A stretch of 64,000 bases of DNA from Candidatus Poribacteria bacterium (lineage in GTDB: Bacteria; Poribacteria; WGA-4E; WGA-3G), in NCBI GenBank assembly GCA_965215265.1, contig OZ244048.1, positions 128,001-192,000 of the forward strand. The letters run 5' to 3'. The notes under the pieces were generated by a model. It saw only the letters and a program-made list of their open reading frames with translations, was not told where the DNA came from and ran no database searches. Of this stretch, positions 46,655-56,610 are shown in pieces. The translations under genes and the position numbers were made by a program. Each line of letters begins with the position of its first letter. The stretch's first letter is position 1.

Positions 46655-46753
46655 AAAGCGGATTGAATAAGATGTTTTTGATGAACTTAAAAGTCCGAAC
46701 TTCCAGTTAAAAGTACATATCTGAAGTACAGGTACGAAAAAGGGGACATTTAA

Positions 46754-48070
46754 ATGAACTTGATAGAGTGTATTATATTGGGCATCGCGAGTTTGCGGAG
46801 GAATCCGCTGCGTTCTTCTCTAACTATTTTGGGGATTATTGTCGGCGTTGGTTCTGTCGTGAGTATGGTATCGGTTGGCGATGGGTCAACCGCCATGGTG
46901 CTCCGCGAGATTGAGCGGACAGGCGGTACGAAAATCGTTGAAATTTATCGCGACGATTGGGACAAACAGTCTGGAACTTTGAGTCGTGCAGCTGGGGACG
47001 TGGTAAGGGGGCGTAGCCGCTGGAAAAGGAACCGTGCGGAACATTTAGAGACAGAGGACGCGTTTGCGCTTCTTGAAAGCGTCCGCGGCATTGTTAATGT
47101 TGTAGCTGAAGATGATATGCCAGGGTGGAGTGTTAGCTATGCTGGACGGACTAAGGAGTCACGCATTGTTGCTTCAACTGCAGGATATGACCGGTCGCAC
47201 AATTGGTATCCGGCGGAAGGCCGGTTTTTCACAGAGGAAGAGGTAGAGGCGGCTAGTACCGTTGCCGTAATCGGGTCTAAAATTAAGGAAGAGGTTTTCC
47301 TTGACGAAGATCCTGTTGGCAAAGAAATTAAAGCCTCGCGTCAATCCTATCGGCGCGGAAGAAGTGGCCTTTATGAGGTTCGCTTGACGGTGATTGGCGT
47401 GATGGAAGAGAAAGGTGACGCGATGGACACCTCAGGTTGGGATGATCGCTTCATTATTCCGATAACGACGCTCCAAGAACGTTTTAAAGGACGTGACGAT
47501 ATTGAACGTCTTCGGGTCGAGGCTGTAGACGTTGACACGATTCCGCTCGCGATAGCAGATTCAAAGCGAGTATTAGGGAGGCAGCATAACAACACAGGTG
47601 AGGAATATCAGTATTGGACAGCGACCGAGGAACTTGCGACAGCACGGAAGGTAGGGCTTGTGATGAAAGCCTTGATGGGCGGTATTGCTGGAATTGCCCT
47701 AATCGTTGCTGGCATAGGTGTTATGAACATTATGCTTGTCTCTGTCACCGACAGGACAAGGGAGATTGGGCTCCGAAAGGCATTAGGTGCGACGCGCAAC
47801 GATATTTTAGCGCAGTTTCTAATAGAGGCCTCGGTCCTCACTGTCTCCGGAGGTATCCTTGGTTCAATTTTAGGTATCTTTATGGGACGCGGGACTGCCT
47901 CGTTGATTTCCAAGTTTGTTTGGGAAGGAAGCAACTGGCCCTCGGTAGTTTCTCCCATAACTATGCTAATTGCACTGCTCGTTTCTGTGTCTATTGGTAT
48001 TTTCTTCGGGTTGTACCCAGCTAACAAGGCTGCGAAACTCGCACCGGTAGATGCACTACGTTCAGAGTAA
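46754..48070 (+). CDS. MacB/FtsX-like ABC permease 3 (more divergent)
   Basis: NPLRSSLTILGIIVGV and GIGVMNIMLVSVTDRTREIGLRKALGA motifs. Confidence 0.93.
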   Translation: MNLIECIILGIASLRRNPLRSSLTILGIIVGVGSVVSMVSVGDGSTAMVLREIERTGGTKIVEIYRDDWDKQSGTLSRAAGDVVRGRSRWKRNRAEHLETEDAFALLESVRGIVNVVAEDDMPGWSVSYAGRTKESRIVASTAGYDRSHNWYPAEGRFFTEEEVEAASTVAVIGSKIKEEVFLDEDPVGKEIKASRQSYRRGRSGLYEVRLTVIGVMEEKGDAMDTSGWDDRFIIPITTLQERFKGRDDIERLRVEAVDVDTIPLAIADSKRVLGRQHNNTGEEYQYWTATEELATARKVGLVMKALMGGIAGIALIVAGIGVMNIMLVSVTDRTREIGLRKALGATRNDILAQFLIEASVLTVSGGILGSILGIFMGRGTASLISKFVWEGSNWPSVVSPITMLIALLVSVSIGIFFGLYPANKAAKLAPVDALRSE

Positions 48071-48133
48071 ACACTTAAAGGAAGGTGCAACATTAACCGG
48101 CACCTTCCAAAATTTTGTAGGAGGCAATGAGCC

Positions 48134-50014
48134 GTGAAAAAAGTTATTGTTAGCGTTGCTGTTATTTTAGTTTTCGTGGTAGCAATTGGCTGGGTCGTGC
48201 TCGGCAGAGGGAAAAATGGTGAAAATCCTGCACTACAGCAGAAAATTGAAGTAGTAGCACGCGGCAACTTCCAAATGCGCATCAGTGCAACAGGTAATTT
48301 AGAACCGTTAATCGACGTAGAAGTCAAATCCAACGTTGAAGGTGAAGTGGTTAAGCTTTACGTTAACGATGGCGATTACGTTGAAAAAGACCAGGTTTTG
48401 GTAGAACTTGACCCGGAACTCTATGAAGAGGAAAAGAAGCAGGCAGAAGCAGATGTGGCTGCAGCGAAAGCCCAATTGAAACAGGCGGAATTAAATATAG
48501 ACCTAAAAAAAGAACGGCTTGAAAGTGAATTGGCGCAATCGGAAGCAGCCGTGAAAATGGCGCAAGCAAATCTTGAGACAACGAAAGCCACAACCACAAC
48601 GCAAATCAGTCAAGCTGTGACTGACATTCAGACAACTAAAAACGCGCTGACTCAAGATCAGATTGCATTAGAGCAAGCTCGAATTGCACATGAACAAGCA
48701 CAACTGACTCTTAGTGAATTGAAAACTTCGCTTCAGTCAGCGGACGTTTCGTTGAACACGGCAAAGTCCGAGTTGGAACGTAACAAGGCACTTTTTGAAA
48801 AGGGGCTCGTCTCAAAGAAGGCCCTGGAAGACGCAGAGACGCAGCATTCTAACGCACTCACACAATATGAAAATGCCAAAAAACGGGTAGAATCCCAAGA
48901 GAAGAGTGTCGAGTCTCAAAATCGAACTATTACCGTGCGGGAAACCGCTATTGAATCACGCCAAGTCGTCTTGGATCAGCAGCAGATAAACTTGGAAAAC
49001 CTCACAAAAATGCGGGAAAAATCTGAGGAAGAGGTGAAATTACAGTTGGACAATGCAGAAACCCGGCTGCAGGAACTGAAACTAACTATCGACAATGAGA
49101 AATTGTTGACAACGCAATCTAAAGTTAGTGCTAATGCCAATTTGCTTCGCCGCCAAAGTACCTTGAAAAATCAGGATGAACGTTTGACCTGGACGACTAT
49201 TAAGGCACCGATGTCCGGAACCGTGACACTTCTTGAAATAGAAGAAGGCGAAATTGTGACTTCTGGACGTTCTGCTTTCTCACAAAGTCCGCCTATCATG
49301 ACAATTGCCGACCTTTCTAAAATGGTTGTCAAAACCTATATTAACGAGGTGGATATGGAGCGGCTCGAGTTAAACCAGCCGGCGGAAATTAAAGTGGATG
49401 CTTACGCAGACAAAATCTATAGCGGCACGGTCTCTGAAATTTCACCTAGTGGACAAGAGCAAGATAATATTATTTCTTTTGAAGTGATGATACAAGTAGA
49501 TGATTCATCCGGCGCACTACGTCCGGGGATGAGTACCGACGTAGATATCATTACCTATGAAGAAAAGAATGTCTTGTTAGTCCCGATTGATGCACTGATA
49601 AAAGAGGCATCAGCAACGCTCACTGCACAGGTTGATAATACATCGCACTATAAGGTAAAGCAACCGATTGAAGTGCAGACAATTAGTGAGAAAATTTTTA
49701 GAGGAAATGTGACAAACGTCGGTGCCGGCGACATCACTATTAGCCTTGATAGTTCACAACGTGGGATTCGTCCGGGTCCAACGACGATTTCGCTCCTCGT
49801 CAAAGGCGAAAAGAAGGCTGATGGTGTTCGCGCGAATATTGTCCTCTCGAAAGGCAAGTCTGTTATGCTAGAGGGAGGCAGCGGCAAGAGTACAGCCATC
49901 GAAACTGGGATGCAGAACGAGACGCACGTGATTGTCAAAAGTGGGCTCACTGAAGGCGCTCGGGTTGTTCTACAACAGCGGAAATCTCCTCAGCAGGGTG
50001 GCTGGGGGAAATAA
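48134..50014 (+). CDS. MacA/HlyD-like periplasmic adaptor with very long coiled coil
   Basis: N-terminal TM; ISATGNLEP..VEVKSNVEG, IKAPMSGTV and LRPGMST motifs. Confidence 0.88.
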   Translation: MKKVIVSVAVILVFVVAIGWVVLGRGKNGENPALQQKIEVVARGNFQMRISATGNLEPLIDVEVKSNVEGEVVKLYVNDGDYVEKDQVLVELDPELYEEEKKQAEADVAAAKAQLKQAELNIDLKKERLESELAQSEAAVKMAQANLETTKATTTTQISQAVTDIQTTKNALTQDQIALEQARIAHEQAQLTLSELKTSLQSADVSLNTAKSELERNKALFEKGLVSKKALEDAETQHSNALTQYENAKKRVESQEKSVESQNRTITVRETAIESRQVVLDQQQINLENLTKMREKSEEEVKLQLDNAETRLQELKLTIDNEKLLTTQSKVSANANLLRRQSTLKNQDERLTWTTIKAPMSGTVTLLEIEEGEIVTSGRSAFSQSPPIMTIADLSKMVVKTYINEVDMERLELNQPAEIKVDAYADKIYSGTVSEISPSGQEQDNIISFEVMIQVDDSSGALRPGMSTDVDIITYEEKNVLLVPIDALIKEASATLTAQVDNTSHYKVKQPIEVQTISEKIFRGNVTNVGAGDITISLDSSQRGIRPGPTTISLLVKGEKKADGVRANIVLSKGKSVMLEGGSGKSTAIETGMQNETHVIVKSGLTEGARVVLQQRKSPQQGGWGK

Positions 50015-50055
50015 GTAACAGTATTTAGGGAAACACTCTCAATAAGTTAACACCG

Positions 50056-50082
50056 TTAGGCGCGCTTCTTCGGCGCGCCTAA
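50056..50082. terminator. Hairpin between convergent genes
   Basis: ttaggcgcgc-ttcttcg-gcgcgcctaa, a perfect 10-bp stem. Confidence 0.65.
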
Positions 50083-50092
50083 TGAATTTAGA

Positions 50093-50887
50093 TCACAGTT
50101 GAATGATTTGTCCATCGTAAGCGAGGTTAGCACTGTCTGGAAGTTCAATGTCTTGTTCTTCACACTGCTCCCTGAAATACCGATGATCAAGGCGATGCAT
50201 GATATGCGTAAAATAGGTAGATTTTGGCTGTAGTGCCCTGCTGATTTCCAATGCTTGTCCTACTGACAGATGGGTGGGGTGCCGTGGATTGAAACTTAAT
50301 GCATCAATTACGAGAATATCGATTCCGTTTAGCAGTGCCTGTGAGGCTTGTGGCAAGTACTTGACATCTGGTAGATATCCGAAGTCGTCGATGCGGTACC
50401 CGTAAGTTTGCATATTGCCATGTTCTACCGGAATTGGCGTGATGTCAAAACCGAGTAATGTAAATCTTTCCTCAATGACATGTGGGAGGAGATGCCCGAC
50501 ACCACCGCCCTGGAACGTCTCTTTAGTAAACATATAGTCAAAGTTGCGTTGTAAGGTGCGAATTGTCTGGGCTGGTCCATAGATAGGCATGTCCATCTGT
50601 TGTTTTCGGCACGGCATAACGATGTCGTTGGTGCCGCTGACATGGTCTGCGTGGCTATGGGTGAAGATAACCGCATCAATCCACTCAATCTGATTGCGAT
50701 TAATCTGATCCATGAAGTTAGGCCCAAGGTCGAATTGGAGGTGTTTCCCATCCTTCTCAATATGGATGGACGAGCGGGTCCGGTAATTTTTGGAGCTAAA
50801 CTGTGTGGCATCTTGACATGTATCACAGTCGCATTTATACTCTGGGACACCGGTTGAGGTGCCTGAACCCAAAATTGTAATCTTCAT
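50093..50887 (-). CDS. Metallo-beta-lactamase-fold phosphodiesterase (PhnP/YycJ-like)
   Basis: LGSGTSTGVP...CDCDTC, THSHADH, HPTHL and THIMH motifs. Confidence 0.9.
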   Translation of the reverse strand: MKITILGSGTSTGVPEYKCDCDTCQDATQFSSKNYRTRSSIHIEKDGKHLQFDLGPNFMDQINRNQIEWIDAVIFTHSHADHVSGTNDIVMPCRKQQMDMPIYGPAQTIRTLQRNFDYMFTKETFQGGGVGHLLPHVIEERFTLLGFDITPIPVEHGNMQTYGYRIDDFGYLPDVKYLPQASQALLNGIDILVIDALSFNPRHPTHLSVGQALEISRALQPKSTYFTHIMHRLDHRYFREQCEEQDIELPDSANLAYDGQIIQL

Positions 50888-50946
50888 CTATAGAAAATTC
50901 CTTTCATTTTCTAAGGCTATCCTCAGATCCGCCTGAGAAAAAACCT

Positions 50947-51726
50947 ATGGAAAGATTGACTCTGCAAGAGTGCCTTGTGTTAGCTGACCATCTCGGGGAT
51001 ACACCGACGACGGTTATATCTGTGGCCCGACTCCAGCAAGGGTTCTGCCGCGCTTACGCTGCGTACCTCGGTGGTTCCTCTTATGGAAAAGCAGGTGAAA
51101 GTCGCCGGACCGCCGTGCTTGTCTTTGATGAATTTTGTCCGGATGAACCTGCAGGATTCGGCACGGATGCTGAGGCAATATGGCATCTGCTCAAATCTCA
51201 GAAAGGGTGGAGTTGTATCAACGTTAGCACCACGTGTGCAGAACCCCTTGGAATACTTATGGCGGCTGAATCCGGCATGTCCGTACGTTACTACGGTGAT
51301 GTCTATTATACCCTTTTGACACCTATTATCTCTCAGCCCAATGAAGTGGTTAGACTTTTGACAGTGGCGGACGTAGAACGTTTAGCAAAGGCTCCTTCGG
51401 AAGTGCAGGGAAACGGTTACACAACGTTTCATGAGATGGTAACAGCAGGCATTGCTGCTGGAGCTATCGTTGCCGGGGAACTTGTCGCCCTTGCTCATGT
51501 ATATGCCGAAACGCGACTGCATGTTGACATCGGCGTGTCAACTTTAGCAGAATGGCGCGAGAAAGGCTTTGCCACAGCCGCGGCAGCCCTTGTCGCGAAA
51601 CGGGTGCAAGAGCAAGGGAAAGTTCCAGTTTGGAGTTGCGGTGAGGATAACGCAGCATCCCGGCGCGTTGCCGAAAAACTGGGTTTTACGGAAGTTGCCC
51701 GCCGGATGTACGTCATCCCCTCCTAA
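50947..51726 (+). CDS. GNAT family acetyltransferase
   Basis: IGVSTLAEWREKGFA and WSCGEDNAASRRVAEKLGF motifs. Confidence 0.85.
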   Translation: MERLTLQECLVLADHLGDTPTTVISVARLQQGFCRAYAAYLGGSSYGKAGESRRTAVLVFDEFCPDEPAGFGTDAEAIWHLLKSQKGWSCINVSTTCAEPLGILMAAESGMSVRYYGDVYYTLLTPIISQPNEVVRLLTVADVERLAKAPSEVQGNGYTTFHEMVTAGIAAGAIVAGELVALAHVYAETRLHVDIGVSTLAEWREKGFATAAAALVAKRVQEQGKVPVWSCGEDNAASRRVAEKLGFTEVARRMYVIPS

Positions 51727-51811
51727 AAACCGGTAACTGCCCCTGAGTGTGATATGTGTTGTTATTGCGTGAGTGGAATCACCTTCTTCTAAATACGCTT
51801 GCAAGCTACGG

Positions 51812-53071
51812 TTAACCTAGGATATCATCAACTTTATTAATCGCCGCTGCCATTAACCGTGCGTGCTCTTCTTGCATATTGACGTTAAAGCCGAACCGCA
51901 GGGCACGCCCCAGGATAGAAAGTGTCTGTGGACACATATCACGCGAGTATGCGACGTTGCCTGTATAACGCGGATCTTTCCACGGATATCCGGACGGATG
52001 CGGCGAGTGCTTAAATAGGATAGAATCCCAATAGGTATAAATATGTCTATCGGGGAAGCCTTCATTATAAGCAGTTCCTGCGTTCAACCCTTCCGCTTTG
52101 AGTGCAGCAGCGTATTTTTTGGCGAGTTCGGTATCTCGTACAATAATGGCACTACTGATTCCACATTCGCCACTTGGGTCATCGACGTGTTGCAGGATAT
52201 AGCCCTTCGGTTTTTCTGCGAGTTCAGCTACAAATGCCTTCTTGAGTCGTCGCGTGTGTGCCAAGATATCTTCCAATTTTGACAGCTGCACGCGGGCAAT
52301 GGCCCCCAAAATCTCACTGGGCCGGTAGCATTGGCGAGAGAAGGGTTTGTTCTGCCACTCGGTATCGCTCATCCACATCGGCAATCCGGGTTCTGCTGCG
52401 AAAGCGGCACGTTCATAAACGTCATAATCGTTCGTGAAGACCAGGCCGCCTTCGCCACAAGAGATTAATTTGTAATAGTTGAGGCTCCATGTGCCTGCGT
52501 CACCCCAAGTGCCGGTATATTTGCCTTTGTATTTCCCACCAACACACTGACAACAATCTTCTACAATTTTGAGATTGTGTTTTCGGGCGAGCTTGACGAG
52601 TGCCTCAAGCCTGCAAGGCACACCTTGCATGTGAACTGGTAAAATCGCTTTTGTATGAGACGTAATTTTTCGTTCAACATCTGCTACGTCCAATCCGAGG
52701 GAATCGTCAATTTCGGCAATGATAGGGATTGCGCCGACACCGACGATGGCGGCAGCAGTTGCGATAAAAGTATAGCCGGGTAAAATCACTTCATCACCGG
52801 GCCCGATGCCAACCCCCGTTAAGGCACAGATAATTGCACTGGTCCCTGAATTGACCATCAACGCATGCTTGGCACTAAGGTGTGCTGCTGCGTCTGCTTC
52901 AAAACTCGCCACATTAGAATTCTCAACAAACCGGAAAAGCTTACCACTCCGTAGAACTTGGGTGACAGCATTCACTTCCTGTTCGTCTATCACACTGGGT
53001 CCGTGCATTCCGCCCGGAATCGGCTGCGTGATAACAGGGGTTCCGCCATCGATTGCTAAACGCATTGGCAT
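51812..53071 (-). CDS. DegT/DnrJ/EryC1/StrS PLP-dependent aminotransferase
   Basis: VNSGTSA, GPGDEVI, PVHMQG, EDCCQ and SLNYYKLISCGEGG motifs. Confidence 0.92.
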   Translation of the reverse strand: MPMRLAIDGGTPVITQPIPGGMHGPSVIDEQEVNAVTQVLRSGKLFRFVENSNVASFEADAAAHLSAKHALMVNSGTSAIICALTGVGIGPGDEVILPGYTFIATAAAIVGVGAIPIIAEIDDSLGLDVADVERKITSHTKAILPVHMQGVPCRLEALVKLARKHNLKIVEDCCQCVGGKYKGKYTGTWGDAGTWSLNYYKLISCGEGGLVFTNDYDVYERAAFAAEPGLPMWMSDTEWQNKPFSRQCYRPSEILGAIARVQLSKLEDILAHTRRLKKAFVAELAEKPKGYILQHVDDPSGECGISSAIIVRDTELAKKYAAALKAEGLNAGTAYNEGFPDRHIYTYWDSILFKHSPHPSGYPWKDPRYTGNVAYSRDMCPQTLSILGRALRFGFNVNMQEEHARLMAAAINKVDDILG

Positions 53072-53099
53072 TTTATTCCTCCACCAATTTTGTTAATCC

Positions 53100-53181
53100 A
53101 TGCTACAGTCCAACGCCCTTTTTGTCAATAGATATTTCCCATTGAGAAAAAATTGACAGAAGTGTTACATTATGATATAAT
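53100..53181. promoter_or_regulatory. Divergent sigma70 promoter pair
   Basis: + strand TTGACA(53153)-17-TATAAT(53176) with TGn extension; - strand TTGACA(53128-53123)-17-TAGCAT. Confidence 0.75.
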
Positions 53182-53244
53182 AGGTACGGAATTTAAACTG
53201 CATCCTCTCCTCTTATTCGGATGCTATTTTCAAAACGAGGAAAA

Positions 53245-53790
53245 ATGTCAAAAAAAGAGCTTATAAGGTTAACCTTAGGTCAAATAGTTCTAGGGAGTAT
53301 TGCTGCCCTGCTTAGCAGCTGGCTGTGTCTGCTTATCCTTGAGAATGTCATGTGGAAATGGCTGATAGGGCCACGGGTACTGCATGGTTTCTGGGCAGGT
53401 TTACTCTTGCTTATCTCCTTAGGTCTTACGTATGGCCTTATGATAACTGTTGCAAGCGAGAGTGTTCGCTTTATCAGTCGGAAATTCGGTATAGATATCC
53501 CTTTTAAACCTGTTTTTTCTGGTGCCCTTTTGGGGCCTCCTGCGGTTGTCGGTTTACTTGCCCTATTGAATGTTCCATGGGAAATCTTTGGTACGCCGAA
53601 TCTAATTCTGGCATTACTGCTTCCGTTATTGAAGGCTATAGCGTACGTTGTCTCGTTACCGATGCGCGGTTGGGTCAGCCTGGGATTACCTGTGGAAATT
53701 TGGTATATCCTTGCTGTGCCGGTGGGCGCCATATTAGGCTATAGACTCCCAGCAGCAGCGACACCTGAAGTTGAAATGGAACAAGCTTAA
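53245..53790 (+). CDS. Hypothetical membrane protein
   Basis: 4-5 hydrophobic segments; GAGG SD before ATG 53245. Confidence 0.65.
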   Translation: MSKKELIRLTLGQIVLGSIAALLSSWLCLLILENVMWKWLIGPRVLHGFWAGLLLLISLGLTYGLMITVASESVRFISRKFGIDIPFKPVFSGALLGPPAVVGLLALLNVPWEIFGTPNLILALLLPLLKAIAYVVSLPMRGWVSLGLPVEIWYILAVPVGAILGYRLPAAATPEVEMEQA

Positions 53791-53883
53791 ATAAAAAGGT
53801 AGGCGGTTATTGTTCACAGAAGCCATCTTGTTTAGGCATTGGTTGGCATTATCACGTACCTGCTGGAGGTTTTACCCAGACGC

Positions 53884-55296
53884 ATGGAATATAATGACAA
53901 ACCCAAGGATGAATGCGGTGTATTCGGCATTTTTGGACATCCTCAAGCGGTGGAATTAACCTATTTAGGGTTACGCGCGCTTCAACATCGTGGGCAAGAG
54001 AGCAGCGGAATTGTCGCTTCAAATCGGGATACACTTTCATATCACCACGGCATGGGATTGGTTCATTCGGTCTTTAACGCTGACGTGTTAGGGAAACTCA
54101 AAGGTGACATTGCTATTGGGCATAACCGCTACTCAACTGCTGGAGAGAGTAGTCTTGACAACGCGCAGCCTCTTGTGAGGAATTATAAGCAAGGCCCGCT
54201 TGCGCTGGGGCACAACGGGAACCTGGTTAACGCAGCGCAGCTTCGAAATCATCTTGAGGATGCGGGTTCAATTTTCAGCACAACGTTAGATACAGAGGTG
54301 GTTTTTCATCTAATTGCGCGTTCACGTTTTCCGCAATTGGAAGATCGGATATTTGATGCTCTTCGCACCGTTCAGGGGGCATACTCGCTTGTGATGATGA
54401 ATAAAACGGCTTTGATGGGTACCCGGGATCCGTACGGGTTTAGACCTTTGTGGCTCGGGCGGCTCGGAGAGGCGTACGTATTAGCATCTGAAACGTGTGC
54501 TCTCGATGTAATAGAAGCAGAGCCGATTCGTGAGATTGAACCTGGGGAATTGGTAACTTTACGTTCAACGCATCGCGGTATTGAGTCTTCCCGCATTCAA
54601 CCGCAGCAATCAGAATTATCGCAATGCATCTTTGAATATATCTATCTTGCTCGTCCGGATAGCATGATGTTTGGGCAGAGCGTAAATAATACCCGGCGTG
54701 AATTCGGAAGACAGCTTGCGCGTGAACATCCGGTCGAGGCGGATGTTGTCATCCCTGTCCCTGATTCAGCGACAATTGCGGCACTCGGCTATGCCGAGGC
54801 ATCAGGTATCCGCTTTGATTTGGGCTTATCGCGTAACGCTTTTGTGGGACGTTCTTTCATGAATCCTACACAAGATATTAGGGAACTTATGGTGAAGGTT
54901 AAACTCAACCCCATCCGTGGGGTTCTTGAAGGGAAACGCGTTGTTGTGGTAGATGATTCCATCATGCGAGGCACGAATAGTCGAAAATTAGTTAAAATTG
55001 TACGGGAGGGTGGTGCAACGGCTGTGCATCTGCGTATTGCGTCGCCACCGAATAAATTTTCGTGCTTCTACGGGGTAGACACACCGACCCGGGCGGAATT
55101 AATTGCGAGTTCGCATACGATTGAGGAAATCCGTAAATATGTTCGTGCTGACAGCCTCGGCTATTTGGGAATTGAAGGGATGCTCAAGGCAGTGAACTCA
55201 CAGCGGGATTTTTGTACTGCCTGCTTTGATGGAAAATATCCGGTTCATTTTTTTAAGGAGCCGATTTTTGGACAGCTACCGCTGATTCCAGAGTAA
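53884..55296 (+). CDS. purF: Amidophosphoribosyltransferase
   Basis: Propeptide + ECGVFG, LQHRGQES, GHNRYST, HNGNLVN, VVVDDSIMRG and FCTACFDGKYP motifs. Confidence 0.97.
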   Translation: MEYNDKPKDECGVFGIFGHPQAVELTYLGLRALQHRGQESSGIVASNRDTLSYHHGMGLVHSVFNADVLGKLKGDIAIGHNRYSTAGESSLDNAQPLVRNYKQGPLALGHNGNLVNAAQLRNHLEDAGSIFSTTLDTEVVFHLIARSRFPQLEDRIFDALRTVQGAYSLVMMNKTALMGTRDPYGFRPLWLGRLGEAYVLASETCALDVIEAEPIREIEPGELVTLRSTHRGIESSRIQPQQSELSQCIFEYIYLARPDSMMFGQSVNNTRREFGRQLAREHPVEADVVIPVPDSATIAALGYAEASGIRFDLGLSRNAFVGRSFMNPTQDIRELMVKVKLNPIRGVLEGKRVVVVDDSIMRGTNSRKLVKIVREGGATAVHLRIASPPNKFSCFYGVDTPTRAELIASSHTIEEIRKYVRADSLGYLGIEGMLKAVNSQRDFCTACFDGKYPVHFFKEPIFGQLPLIPE

Positions 55297-55304
55297 GGAG
55301 AAAA

Positions 55305-55586
55305 ATGATGAAATATCGACCGCGTGGAAATCATAAAAAATCGCGCTCAATAGGCACCCCCCAGGGGCGGCACACGCTCATTTCCCTCCTGATTTGTGCG
55401 ATACTCGGTATGATTTTAAGCCGCCTCCTACCGTCCGCTATGCTTAAACTACGTCCTATGATGTCGGCCGGTGAGGCCCAAGAGGTGGGGATTCTTATTG
55501 CCTTAGTTATCAGCGGACTCACTTTGGTAGTAATGCTTCTCAAACCAACTTTACTTAAAGGACAGAAGAAACCGGATGGAGAATAA
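55305..55586 (+). CDS. Small two-TM hypothetical protein
   Basis: TAAGGAG SD; two hydrophobic helices; overlaps the purM start. Confidence 0.6.
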   Translation: MMKYRPRGNHKKSRSIGTPQGRHTLISLLICAILGMILSRLLPSAMLKLRPMMSAGEAQEVGILIALVISGLTLVVMLLKPTLLKGQKKPDGE

Positions 55587-56610
55587 AAAAACGCTTAAGT
55601 ATGCGGATGCAGGTGTCTCATTTGAGGCAGAGACACAAGCAATTGGACGCCTGAAAGGTTTCGCGCAAAGTACCTATCGCCCTGAGGTACTCAGCGATGT
55701 CGGTAATTTCGGCGGACTTTTTGAACTCGTTTCGTATCAAAAACCTGTCCTTGTCTCTAGTACAGATAGCGTTGGCAGTAAACTAAAGATTGCATTTGAA
55801 GCAGAGCGTCACGATACAGTAGGGTTTGATATTGTAGCACACTGTGGGAATGATATTGTTGTGCAAGGTGCGGAACCGCTCTTCTTTTTAGATTATATCG
55901 GTATCAACACAGTCGTACCAGAAGTCATCGAACAAATTATCAGCGGCGTGGCGGCGGGGTGTCGGGAAATCGGCTGTGCACTTATCGGCGGAGAAATAGC
56001 GGAGTTACCGGATTTTTACGCCCCTGGTGAGTATGACCTTGTTGGGACCATCGTAGGGGCAGTTGAGAAGGCTGATGTGATTACCGGCAGTGCGATTGAA
56101 CCGGGGGACAAACTCATCGGTTTAGCTTCAGCGGGGTTGCATACCAATGGGTTTTCGTTAGTGCGGCGAATCGTGTTTGAGAAGTGTCACTACGGTGTGG
56201 ATAGCTATATTCCTGAACTCTCTGGGACACTGGGTGATGAATTGCTCAAACCTCATAAAAGCTATGTGAACTCTATTTTGGAACTCTGCAAGGTGTGTGA
56301 CATTAAAGGGTTTGCGCATATTACCGGTGGTGGACTGCCGGCAAATGTGCTGCGCATACTGCCGGCTGGATGTCGAGCCGTGATTCAAAAAGGGACCTGG
56401 ACCATCCCGCCAATTTTCCCGTTTCTCGAGAAAAAAGGCAATGTTGTGGAATCAGAAATGTACCGAGTTTTCAATATGGGAATCGGAATGGTTGTACTGC
56501 TTGCCCCCGATGCCGTTGATTCTGCGCTTTCATCACTTACTGCTTCGGGAGAATCAGTTTATCAGATTGGCGAGATCGCGGCAGGCGAAAAGGGAGTGCA
56601 CTGTGCCTGA
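55576..56610 (+). CDS. purM: Phosphoribosylformylglycinamidine cyclo-ligase
   Basis: YADAGV, GNFGGLF, STDSVGSKL, QGAEPLFFLDY, GLHTNGFSLVR, HITGGG and FNMGIGM motifs. Confidence 0.97.
   Translation: MENKKTLKYADAGVSFEAETQAIGRLKGFAQSTYRPEVLSDVGNFGGLFELVSYQKPVLVSSTDSVGSKLKIAFEAERHDTVGFDIVAHCGNDIVVQGAEPLFFLDYIGINTVVPEVIEQIISGVAAGCREIGCALIGGEIAELPDFYAPGEYDLVGTIVGAVEKADVITGSAIEPGDKLIGLASAGLHTNGFSLVRRIVFEKCHYGVDSYIPELSGTLGDELLKPHKSYVNSILELCKVCDIKGFAHITGGGLPANVLRILPAGCRAVIQKGTWTIPPIFPFLEKKGNVVESEMYRVFNMGIGMVVLLAPDAVDSALSSLTASGESVYQIGEIAAGEKGVHCA

Noticed and set aside
56441-56602. N-terminal extension of the FliG-like ORF
   Set aside because: It overlaps purM out of frame; GTG 56603 with an upstream GGGAG is the more plausible start.
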